Of a stretch of 59,362 nt of DNA, positions 18,387 through 26,420 are shown in pieces. A model generated the notes under the pieces. That model did not search any database. It had not been told where the DNA came from and saw only the letters and a program-made list of their open reading frames with translations. Source of the stretch: an uncultured bacterium (GTDB taxonomy: Bacteria > Spirochaetota > JAHITG01); the NCBI GenBank assembly GCA_965373035.1, contig CBDVEP010000002.1, positions 1 to 59,362 of the forward strand. The letters are read 5' to 3'. Positions within the stretch are counted from its first letter, which is position 1. Every line of letters begins with the position of its first letter. Both the position numbers and the translations under genes were made by a program.

Positions 18387-21149
18387 TTAAAATTTAACTT
18401 TTACCTCTATATCTTTTGCTTCATAATAAAAACCCAACTCTGGTTCAACCAATTTTGGGGGAACAAACCCAAATCCCTTAACAGGATGAATACCAGGTCC
18501 TTCTATTACAAAGGTTAATAAATTTCTTTCTTTTAATAAATTTTCAGGAATATAAAATTTATGCTGTGGTCCTACTTCTTCATATTTTCCAACTAAAAAT
18601 CCATTTATATAAATCAAGCACCTGTCAAAACACTCTTTTATATTCACATATAACGGGGTATCCCATTTTGCTTCCTTTTTTAATGTAAAGTTACGCCTTA
18701 GCCATATTATATTACCTACTTCTTCTTCAAAAATATATTTATCAGCCTGTGATGTCCTAATCCATCCCCTGTCATTAAATTTCTCTGAATAATATTCTTT
18801 ATTAACACCGCCAAGCCCTTGTTTTACTTTCCATTCTTTAAACACATACTGGTTATGTTTGTTTTTACTTTTATACATTACTGTAACTGGATAATATAAT
18901 CCACTTAATTTTTTAATAGGACCTTCATGAGGATGTGCTTTTGTATGAAAGGCATTTTCATAGCTGATTGCTACTATATTCCTGCCAGGCTGAATCTCTT
19001 CAGTAATGTCTAAATCAGGTGAGCCAATACCAATCCATTTGAATTTTCCATTAATGTAAACTGTTAACCTGTCCATCTCATTTGTCTGCAATTTTAATGT
19101 AACTTCATCACAATCCTCTGGCACTACAAACTCATTTCTGTACCAGTAATAACCATGAGTGAATAATTTTGCTTTTTCTAAAGGAGTATCTTTATCAATC
19201 ACTTTCCAATGGCTATCATTAAAATCAATCATTTTTTCTTCTGTATCTGAATAATAACGCCAATCATTTTCCCATTTTGCCTGATTTAGTGACTCCTCCT
19301 GAAAAGTATAATTTAATTCTGTTTGCCCTTGCTGATCTTTTTTTAAAGGAATTTCTTCTCCTTCAATTTCAATTTTTTTAATCTCTTTCATACTCCATAA
19401 TATTAATTTCTGGACATGTTTATTATTCATTATCTGAAAATTAAGATATGTTTCTTCATCTTTTTTCTCCCATTGTTTTAAATGATAAAAGTCACTCAGC
19501 AGAATAAAATCATCATCCACCCATATTTTATTAGCTTCTTTTTCCGGTAAAATAACAAAATGAATTTGATTGATTTCAAAAATATTTACATCTGAATGAC
19601 TGTACAAAAGTTTGTGCGAATTTTTTAAATATTTTTCATGCTTGATTTCTCCTTTTAATATTTCAATGGGGCTGTTAGACTGTATAGCCATTTCTCCTTT
19701 TATTTTTTCATTCCCTTTTAAAAAAATATATTGTATTCCATTAATTTTTTTCTTTAATAATATTTCAGATGTTGAATAAAGAATATGAATATCATCATGA
19801 ATATAAAAATCAACAGGCAATAAAAATGATGAACGAGGAATTAATGTTAAATCCTCATTCGGAAATTGTATTGTTTGTTTTATTAAATTTGAATCATAAG
19901 ATATTTTAACTTTCTTTTCTTCTGCCTCTAAATTTCTTATCAGGATCATCCCATATTTTGGATGCTTCCTGTATAATATTTTTATGTTTTCATAGCTGTC
20001 TTTAAAAGAATGACAGGTTACTGCCTTATTCTTAAACAATCTTAAAATATCTTCACCACCCTTTGCAAAATCCACATTATCATAAGTAGTTTCACCTTCT
20101 GTGATGATTTCCGGAAATGATTTTAAAAGATAAGCAAAATTCCTCAAGTGATGATATTTCTCATGGATTTCACCCCACTCCCGTATAGGCGAAGCACCAA
20201 AATCAAATGTAGTACAAATACCAATTCCACCATAATCCCCCTTAGCAGACCAATATGGAAAAGAAGTCCCCCCAGCAAGCATATAATAATTAAGCACAGA
20301 CGCTCCATAAGTTAATACAGTTTTAGTAATGGCATCTGTCAGTTCTGTCTCAACATTATATAATGGTTTCCCAAACTGGGCAAACCATCCTGCTTCCAGC
20401 TCTAAAATCATTAATGGTTTATCTGTCTGTACTTTTCGGCTTATCTCTATCTTCCTGTCAAAATCATTAAACTCCCACATCCATATCCATGGAATATTAG
20501 GATAGTAAGTATGTGTATTAATAATCTCTGTCCCCAGGATACAGCTTCCTTCATTTGTAAAAGCAGGAATATCAATCCCGGCATCCCTGACAAATTGCAG
20601 TAATTTTAAAAGATACTGCTTACCAACTTCTTTATTTTCAACAAGGTCACTAAAATCAATCAAATGGTCATATTCATTCTCCACTTGAATTAATACGATA
20701 TTTCCACCATTAGTAAATAAAAAAGGTTTTATAATCCCTGCAACTTCCTGATACCACTTTTTTACAATTTCAAGATATTCTTTATCAGGTAATCTTAAAG
20801 GGATATCTTTTTCTAAAAGCCAGTGAGGAAATCCACCGAAATCCCATTCAGCACAAATATATGGCCCTGGCTTAATAATAACATACAGGTTGTATTTTTT
20901 ACACAATTCTAAAAATTTTGGTAAATCACGATCACCATCCCAGGTAAGCTTTCCTTGTTTTTCTTCATGAAAATTCCATGGAATATATGTTGTAACAAGA
21001 TTACATCCAGCTTGTTTTATTTTTTTTAACCTGTCATCCCATAAAGCAGATGGTGTCCTGAAATAATGAAATTCTCCACCTATCAATATTTCTCTTTTTC
21101 CATTTAAAATCAGACTATGACTGTCATATTGAATAACTGCTTTTTTCAT
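18387..21149 (-). CDS. Glycoside hydrolase family 35 beta-galactosidase, apparently cytoplasmic (no signal peptide)
   Basis: GGEFHYFRTPSALWDDRLKKIKQAGCNLVTTYIPWNFHEEKQGKLTWDGDRDLPKFL and the acid/base region IQVENEY are typical GH35 N-terminal TIM-barrel motifs. The N-terminus MKKAVIQYDSHSLILNG has no hydrophobic leader. Confidence 0.85.
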   Translation of the reverse strand: MKKAVIQYDSHSLILNGKREILIGGEFHYFRTPSALWDDRLKKIKQAGCNLVTTYIPWNFHEEKQGKLTWDGDRDLPKFLELCKKYNLYVIIKPGPYICAEWDFGGFPHWLLEKDIPLRLPDKEYLEIVKKWYQEVAGIIKPFLFTNGGNIVLIQVENEYDHLIDFSDLVENKEVGKQYLLKLLQFVRDAGIDIPAFTNEGSCILGTEIINTHTYYPNIPWIWMWEFNDFDRKIEISRKVQTDKPLMILELEAGWFAQFGKPLYNVETELTDAITKTVLTYGASVLNYYMLAGGTSFPYWSAKGDYGGIGICTTFDFGASPIREWGEIHEKYHHLRNFAYLLKSFPEIITEGETTYDNVDFAKGGEDILRLFKNKAVTCHSFKDSYENIKILYRKHPKYGMILIRNLEAEEKKVKISYDSNLIKQTIQFPNEDLTLIPRSSFLLPVDFYIHDDIHILYSTSEILLKKKINGIQYIFLKGNEKIKGEMAIQSNSPIEILKGEIKHEKYLKNSHKLLYSHSDVNIFEINQIHFVILPEKEANKIWVDDDFILLSDFYHLKQWEKKDEETYLNFQIMNNKHVQKLILWSMKEIKKIEIEGEEIPLKKDQQGQTELNYTFQEESLNQAKWENDWRYYSDTEEKMIDFNDSHWKVIDKDTPLEKAKLFTHGYYWYRNEFVVPEDCDEVTLKLQTNEMDRLTVYINGKFKWIGIGSPDLDITEEIQPGRNIVAISYENAFHTKAHPHEGPIKKLSGLYYPVTVMYKSKNKHNQYVFKEWKVKQGLGGVNKEYYSEKFNDRGWIRTSQADKYIFEEEVGNIIWLRRNFTLKKEAKWDTPLYVNIKECFDRCLIYINGFLVGKYEEVGPQHKFYIPENLLKERNLLTFVIEGPGIHPVKGFGFVPPKLVEPELGFYYEAKDIEVKVKF

Positions 21150-21401
21150 TAAATATTTCTCCTCATTCCTTATATTAACAATTCTTTTTTATAATTCATC
21201 AGAAAATTTATTTTTTTTCCGATGGATTATAATCTATCATATTTCAACTACAATAAAAAATCAATTTTATTAAATCCATCCCGTAATATATCCTGTTATA
21301 ATGTTTGCGTAAACATCATACTTATATAATACCACATTTTTCAAAAAAGTCAAGTAAAAAATTATTTGACAATTCAAATTATTTAATTAATATATTATAC
21401 T

Positions 21402-21554
21402 ATGGATATAAAAATCATAAGTGCAATTTTATTAATAATGGGTGGATTTATTTTATTATTAGGCAGCTTGTTAAGAATATTTCGTAAAAACCTAATAATA
21501 TATTTTGATAAGCGTCTTTCTGAAATAAAAAAAACTCTCCAACATACCCATTAA
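21402..21554 (+). CDS. Possible 50-aa single-pass membrane peptide (below the ORF-track cutoff)
   Basis: My translation is MDIKIISAILLIMGGFILLLGSLLRIFRKNLIIYFDKRLSEIKKTLQHTH. A TTGACA at 21366-21371 is followed ~17 nt later by AT-rich -10-like hexamers that abut the ATG, giving leaderless-like geometry. No homology evidence. Confidence 0.3.
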   Translation: MDIKIISAILLIMGGFILLLGSLLRIFRKNLIIYFDKRLSEIKKTLQHTH

Positions 21555-21628
21555 TATATATGATTACCGAAGCCTGATTTGTTATTTAAAATTTTAATAG
21601 CAGTTTAATAAATAAGGTAGTTAAGTAC

Positions 21629-21919
21629 ATGAAAAAAGAAATCTTTAAAAAAGCTTTAGCTAAAATCATCCGCATTAGTAAAGAGTTTGGTGCAGAAAAA
21701 GTGTTCTTATTCGGTTCCTGTCTTGAGGAAGTTGAATCAGCACAAGATATTGATATAGCAGTAAAAGGAATCAAACCAGAAAAATTTTTTGAAATGTACG
21801 GTAAAATTTTAGGTGTTGTAGATAATGAAATAGATCTAATTCCATTAGAAGATACAAGAAAACATTTTGCTAAATGTATCATAAAAAGAGGAAGATTACT
21901 ATATGGAAAAAAAGCTTGA
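21629..21919 (+). CDS. Minimal nucleotidyltransferase (MntA-like antitoxin)
   Basis: The G-S...D-x-D motif is present as LFGSCLEEVESAQDIDIAV. The size is 96 aa. Overlaps the downstream HEPN-like gene by 17 nt. Confidence 0.75.
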   Translation: MKKEIFKKALAKIIRISKEFGAEKVFLFGSCLEEVESAQDIDIAVKGIKPEKFFEMYGKILGVVDNEIDLIPLEDTRKHFAKCIIKRGRLLYGKKA

Positions 21920-22364
21920 GCAATTAAAAGCAGATATATTAGATGAAATAAAGGCAATAGAACAAGTTTTAGAAGATTTGTCCTCTCTTAAAAATAATTT
22001 AAATCCTGATAAAATAGATAGTTCTCAAAAAGCAGCAATAGGAACATTTTTAATGAATTTTTATGTAGGAGTAGAGAACATTGTTAAACGAATAAGTAAA
22101 GAATATTATCAAACTATGCCTAAAGGAAACAGTTGGCATAAAGAACTTCTTGATTTGTCTTATAGTCCACCTCAAGGGAAAAACCCTATTTTAAATAAAA
22201 ATATAGTAGATAGACTGAATCCTTATAGAGGATTTAGACATTTATTCATTAGTGGATATGGATTTAAGCTAAGATTGGAGTTGATGAATTCATTAATAAA
22301 TAATATTGAGTCCCTGTGGATTGATATAAAGAGGGCCATTGAAAAATTCCAGAGTAAGTTATAG
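21903..22364 (+). CDS. HepT-like HEPN-domain protein (putative RNase toxin)
   Basis: All-helical 153-aa protein with a C-terminal YRGFRHLFISGYGF motif (R-x-x-RH...Y). This motif is shared with the second pair (LLRFRHFKRYYFEMEY). Shows the canonical MNT-upstream/HEPN-downstream overlap. Confidence 0.6.
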   Translation: MEKKLEQLKADILDEIKAIEQVLEDLSSLKNNLNPDKIDSSQKAAIGTFLMNFYVGVENIVKRISKEYYQTMPKGNSWHKELLDLSYSPPQGKNPILNKNIVDRLNPYRGFRHLFISGYGFKLRLELMNSLINNIESLWIDIKRAIEKFQSKL

Positions 22365-22462
22365 ATTTAAACTCATAAAATTTCAATAACAATTTTTTAA
22401 AAAAGTGCTTGACGTCTTAAATTAGTTATCAGGTCTTTAAAATTTCTGCGTTGTCTTAATAT

Positions 22463-22488
22463 AATTTACTCAATATATTGAGTAAATT
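22463..22488. promoter_or_regulatory. 26-bp perfect palindrome
   Basis: aatttactcaata|tattgagtaaatt. The halves are exact reverse complements. Confidence 0.6.
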
Positions 22489-22514
22489 TAATCAATATAA
22501 AAAGGATTTCAAGT

Positions 22515-22581
22515 AAAAAATTAAATTATCTCGTAATGACATACATCTAAAGACTGACTCCTTACTTACTAATATTTTTTT
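22515..22581 (+). repeat. Direct repeat, left copy, flanking the DUF4143 ATPase gene
   Basis: aaaaaattaaattatc...atctaaagactgactccttacttactaatattttttt. It matches 23912-23927 plus 24008-24047 (atccaaagactgacccattacttattgatattttttt). Confidence 0.65.
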
Positions 22582-22601
22582 ATTATGCAGAAAGTACTTG
22601 A

Positions 22602-22638
22602 CATTACTCCTAAAAAGTAATACTTTTTAGGAGTAATG
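22602..22638. promoter_or_regulatory. 37-bp perfect palindrome (18-bp arms, 1-nt spacer) overlapping a TTGACA box, 8 nt before the ATPase ORF
   Basis: cattactcctaaaaagta-a-tactttttaggagtaatg. TTGACA lies at 22598-22603. This is an operator-like position. Confidence 0.6.
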
Positions 22639-22645
22639 TATATAA

Positions 22646-23812
22646 ATGGTAAAAATAATGTTTAAAAGGATATTAAAAATAAATCTACCCAAAGGAAAAT
22701 CAGCTTTTCTTTGGGGTCCTCGAAAGACCGGCAAATCCACATATTTAAAAAAATACTTTCCAAATAATTTATATTATGATTTTTTAAATACAGATCTATA
22801 TTTTGAATTATTAAAAAGACCTGCTTATTTAAGAGAATTGATTTTAGCTGAAAATAAATCACTATTAACCAGTCCTATTATTATTGATGAAGTACAGAAA
22901 GTCCCATCTGTTTTAGAGGAAGTACACTGGCTTATAGAGAATAAAGGACTTTCATTTATTTTATGTGGATCAAGTGCCCGGAAGTTGAAAAGAGGAAAAG
23001 CCAATTTATTAGGTGGACGGGCATGGCGATTTGAAATGTTTCCTTTAATTTCACGTGAAGTAAAAAATTTAGAACTTCTTAAAACATTAAATAATGGATT
23101 GATTCCTTCTCATTATATTGAACAAGATAGTAAACGCTCATTAAAAGCTTATGTTCAGGATTATTTAAAAGAAGAAATATTTGCTGAAGGGTTGATTCGA
23201 AATATTCCTGCATTTTCACGATTTTTTGATGTTATAAGATATTCTCATGGACAATTAATAAATTATTCCAATATTGCCCGTGATACAGGAGTTGATTCGA
23301 AAACTATTCGCGAATATTTTCAAATCTTGATAGATACATTAATAGGTATATTCATTGAGCCTTTCACCTTACACCCAAATAGACAAATTATAAATAAAAT
23401 GCCTAAGTTTTACTTATTTGATGTTGGAGTTGCAGGAAGTATTCAAAAACGTTTTATCATTGAAGAAAAAGGATCAGAATTTGGAAATGCTTTTGAGCAT
23501 TTTATATTAATGGAATTACTTGCCCATCGGAAATATACTGAACTGGATTATAAAATAAAATATTGGAGAACAAAAACCGGGCATGAGGTAGATTTTATTT
23601 TAGAGGATGGATTAATTGCCATTGAAGTTAAAAGTAAAAGCCGAGTTGATAAAAGAGATTTAAAAAGTATTGAACAATTTTGTTTAGATTATAAACCACG
23701 TTTGGCAATAGTTGTAACTAATGAAAAATATCGAAGAAAAGTAAATAATATTTTATTACTTCCCTGGAAAAATTTTTTAAATATACTTTGGGAAGGGGAT
23801 ATTATAAAATAA
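22646..23812 (+). CDS. AAA+ ATPase with C-terminal DUF4143-type domain
   Basis: Walker A is GPRKTGKST and Walker B is IIIDEVQ. The length and C-terminal pattern are typical of the COG1373-type ATPases. The start may instead be the ATG at 22658. Confidence 0.75.
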   Translation: MVKIMFKRILKINLPKGKSAFLWGPRKTGKSTYLKKYFPNNLYYDFLNTDLYFELLKRPAYLRELILAENKSLLTSPIIIDEVQKVPSVLEEVHWLIENKGLSFILCGSSARKLKRGKANLLGGRAWRFEMFPLISREVKNLELLKTLNNGLIPSHYIEQDSKRSLKAYVQDYLKEEIFAEGLIRNIPAFSRFFDVIRYSHGQLINYSNIARDTGVDSKTIREYFQILIDTLIGIFIEPFTLHPNRQIINKMPKFYLFDVGVAGSIQKRFIIEEKGSEFGNAFEHFILMELLAHRKYTELDYKIKYWRTKTGHEVDFILEDGLIAIEVKSKSRVDKRDLKSIEQFCLDYKPRLAIVVTNEKYRRKVNNILLLPWKNFLNILWEGDIIK

Positions 23813-23858
23813 CCAATTTTTAGCCAGGAAAAGCATCAATTCTTTTTATCCCGCCATT

Positions 23859-23895
23859 CAGACTGTGTCATAATCCTTGATTATGACACAGTCTG
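23859..23895 (+). terminator. 16-bp perfect hairpin downstream of the ATPase gene
   Basis: cagactgtgtcataat-ccttg-attatgacacagtctg lies 47 nt after the stop. No clean T-run follows, so terminator function is uncertain. Confidence 0.4.
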
Positions 23896-23911
23896 ATTAC
23901 GGACATCATAT

Positions 23912-24047
23912 AAAAAATTAAATTATCGTAACTTCTCAAAATTCCATGGTAATTGTCATTGCGATGAACTTTAGCTGTCCCTGTGTAAACAGGAAAACAA
24001 TCTCATCATCCAAAGACTGACCCATTACTTATTGATATTTTTTTTCA
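23912..24047 (+). repeat. Direct repeat, right copy, expanded by a fragment of the GTCATTGCGA hairpin unit
   Basis: Shares both ends with 22515-22581. The interior carries catggtaattgtcattgcga (compare catggtagttgtcattgcga at 3711-3730). Confidence 0.6.
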
Positions 24048-24082
24048 TTGACTTTTTAATAAAAAGGTAGTACATTAGTAGT

Positions 24083-24324
24083 ATGAAAGTCAAGACATCT
24101 GTAACATTATCTGATTACATTTTAAAAGAAATTGACGTAATATTTTAGATTTTCTAAAATATTACAATGATGGATTGAAACATGAAAGTGCTATACATTG
24201 TGATGAATTAATCAGTATTCCTAAAAAAAAACTTACAAATTTTATTAACTCCTTATCAGTTGAAAAAATAAAAGAATTAAATAAAGCATTATTAGTTGCA
24301 ATAGGTTCTGAAAATAACAACTAA
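24083..24324 (+). pseudogene. Deletion-fused remnant of a type II TA pair: the 5' end of an RHH-type antitoxin plus the 3' end of a MazF/PemK-like toxin
   Basis: [21 protein letters not shown] (21 aa) is followed in another frame by ...[50 protein letters not shown]. That second piece looks like the last ~45 residues of a PemK-family toxin. No intact ORF remains. Confidence 0.5.
24137..24165. repeat. Solo TIR pair (footprint-like) of the ~160-bp element, located at the TA deletion junction
   Basis: gtaatattttagattttctaaaatattac. Its reverse complement ends with ttttagaaaatctaaaatattac, identical (23/23) to the 3' end of copy B (56251-56273). Its 5' part matches the element's 5' end at 21/23. 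Confidence 0.65.
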
Positions 24325-24369
24325 CCGATTACTTTTAAAGGGAGAAAAAATTTGATAAATAAAATGAAT

Positions 24370-24660
24370 TTAAATTTTATTAAGTTCATTTGTTGATGAA
24401 TATATTTCTATATTTATTTTTTTTGCAATATTTAATGCTTTTTCTATTACATAAGGTGATATTATTATTTTTCTATCAATTAAAGTTTTCTCTTTTTCAA
24501 TATAGAATTTTACTTTTCTTTCAAATTGATAAACATCTGAAGAATTTACTGATGATGAAATTTCCAATATTATTTTTTTGCCATTTTTAATAATAATATC
24601 AAGTTCAATTTCTTCTGGATACCCCCAGACAGTACCCTGTTTATCAAATTTATTATAAAG
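24370..24660 (-). pseudogene. N-terminally truncated PD-(D/E)XK-like (DUF3782-type) gene fragment
   Basis: The frame is open upstream of the listed 65-aa ORF: ...FDKQGTVWGYPEEIELDIIIKNGKKIILEISSSVNSSDVYQFERKVKFY...ISPYVIEKALNIAKKINIEIY. There is no start codon before an in-frame TGA. The expected E-x-K reads E-I-S. Confidence 0.45.
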
Positions 24661-24818
24661 TCAATTATTTTTTCTATGGTCACTTAAAAATTCTTACAAA
24701 ACATAAGAAAAAATGTTACTAACATTAAGACTTACCTTGGAGCAATAGATAATAATATTGAATTAAAATGGAAAAATTCTGATAATATCACATCGTATAA
24801 AATAATATAAAAATCACC

Positions 24819-24846
24819 TTGAAAAAATACAAAAGTGCGATACAAT
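24819..24846 (+). promoter_or_regulatory. Sigma70-like promoter candidate for the 24998 operon
   Basis: TTGAAA (24819-24824), a 16-nt spacer, then TACAAT (24841-24846). A 12-bp-stem hairpin (ttatgtgttttt/aaaaacacataa, 24881-24920) lies in the presumed leader. Confidence 0.4.
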
Positions 24847-24997
24847 ATGCTATTATGGGCATATTATTAAAATAATTATATTATGTGTTTTTATAATAAA
24901 AAAATGGAAAAAACACATAAAAAACGCCGAAATTAATAATATTACTTATAGAATGTACTGAATTTTAATAAAATTACTATATAAAGTTATAACAGGT

Positions 24998-26272
24998 GTG
25001 CATAAAAAAATGAAGTTTAGTTATAAATTAATTATTTTATGTGTTTTACTTGTTATTGGGCTTGGATGTAATCTGCATGCAAAACATAGTGATTATATTG
25101 GAACTTCTACTGGAAAGCTTATGGAAATTGAAGTTGATTCCCGTGTTAATGCACTTGGCGGTGCTTATTGCGGTTATGTTTCAGATTTAGTGGGCTATGA
25201 AGCTAATATTGCAGGTATTGCTGATCTGAACGAAAATCAATTTGTTTTTGCATATTATGACTGGCTTGAGGATACCTCGATTTTTTATGGAGCTTTTGGC
25301 ATGCCTGTTATAAAAAAAGGTGTTGCAGTTACAAGTATTAAATTTTTAAATATCCCATCATTTGCCAATAAAAATGACTGGGGAGAAAATTCCGGTGATA
25401 TTAATATAGGTAATTATGTATTTTCCCTTGGATTTGGTTACAAATATTTTGATAATATGAAACTCGGTATTAATATGAAATATAATCGCCAGAGCTATTC
25501 AGTAGATAATAATGATTTATTAGCATTTTCATCACTTGGTTTTGACTTTGCAGTGCAGTATAAAATTGATGTTATAAAAATTAAAAAAGTTCCTGTACTT
25601 TATAAAAAGCCCTTTGATATTAAAAATTTACAATTTGGTTTTGCCCTGCAGAATATTGGATTTAGTTCTTCTGAGGATTCTCTTCCCAGAAAAATCAAAC
25701 TGGGACTTTCCTACCCTTTTATATCAAGTTGTTCGTTTTTGTTTGATATTAATAAAAATATATATACTTTAAGTAGTCTGATAGATAGTGATATCAGATT
25801 TAATTTCGGATTAGAATATAATTATAAAAAAATTTTTTATATAAGAGGCGGAATGAAGTTAGGATATGATATGAATAGCTTTACCATTGGAGCTGGATTT
25901 CAAACTCAAATAGGTTCTCTTCTTTCTTTATTTAATTACAGTTATAATTCTCATGAAGAACTGGGTCATATTAATAATTTTTCATTAAGTACACGCTTTA
26001 AAGAACTGCGATTTGGAAGAAGGATTCATCCTTCCAAACGAAATATGATTGAATATCATTATTACAGGGGAATAGCATTTTTTATTAAAGGGGCTCTTGA
26101 AAATGCAATAATAGAATGGAAAAAAGTATTAATCATTGAGCCAGCACATGCTGAGACACTGGAGAGGATTGAAGAAGCGCAAGAAATACTTAAAGAACAG
26201 AAAGAGATTATTCCAGGAAAAGATCAGAGAAAAAAATCCAGAGATAATGAATTTATAGGTAATTTAAAATAA
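24998..26272 (+). CDS. PorV/PorQ-like outer-membrane barrel, copy 3, fused to a C-terminal TPR unit
   Basis: Signal peptide followed by GTSTGKLMEIEVDSRVNALGGAYCGYVSDLVGYEANIAGIA, the PorV-family N-terminal signature. The tail YYRGIAFFIKGALENAIIEWKKVLIIEPAHAETLERIEEA repeats the TPR unit found at the C-terminus of the next gene. Confidence 0.6.
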   Translation: MHKKMKFSYKLIILCVLLVIGLGCNLHAKHSDYIGTSTGKLMEIEVDSRVNALGGAYCGYVSDLVGYEANIAGIADLNENQFVFAYYDWLEDTSIFYGAFGMPVIKKGVAVTSIKFLNIPSFANKNDWGENSGDINIGNYVFSLGFGYKYFDNMKLGINMKYNRQSYSVDNNDLLAFSSLGFDFAVQYKIDVIKIKKVPVLYKKPFDIKNLQFGFALQNIGFSSSEDSLPRKIKLGLSYPFISSCSFLFDINKNIYTLSSLIDSDIRFNFGLEYNYKKIFYIRGGMKLGYDMNSFTIGAGFQTQIGSLLSLFNYSYNSHEELGHINNFSLSTRFKELRFGRRIHPSKRNMIEYHYYRGIAFFIKGALENAIIEWKKVLIIEPAHAETLERIEEAQEILKEQKEIIPGKDQRKKSRDNEFIGNLK

Positions 26273-26281
26273 ATATAAAGG

Positions 26282-26420
26282 CTGGTTTAAGTTATGGTTC
26301 GGGTTATGCGACCAACGGAAGTGCCTATGGTAAAACCCGAACCAGCGAAGTGGGGGAGAAAACCCGAACCAGGGAATGACCTTGAATCCTCTGACGAGCA
26401 AAGCGAGGCTTATCTTGTTA
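26282..26420. repeat. GC-rich composite repeat island with mutually exclusive pairings
   Basis: ggttcgggtt (26296-26305) is the exact complement of aacccgaacc, which occurs at both 26334-26343 and 26361-26370 within direct repeats aaaacccgaaccag. The island also contains gggaatgac and gacgagcaaagcgagg motifs related to other hairpin units in the window. Confidence 0.6.

Noticed and set aside
21586-21957. A 123-aa minus-strand ORF opposite the MNT gene.
   Set aside because: It lies antisense to an ORF with a clear nucleotidyltransferase motif and a TA-typical overlap with its partner. It has no motifs of its own.
24390-24590. A 66-aa plus-strand ORF and a 66-aa minus-strand ORF at 22662-22862.
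   Set aside because: The first lies antisense to the PD-(D/E)XK remnant and the second antisense to the DUF4143 ATPase. Both are low-complexity.
21300-24700. The idea that the TA/ATPase islet is an integron cassette array, with the palindromic repeats acting as attC sites.
   Set aside because: There is no intI gene in the window. I could find no GTTRRRY/RYYYAAC core sites at the repeat ends. The repeats belong to families also found inside the glycan operon.
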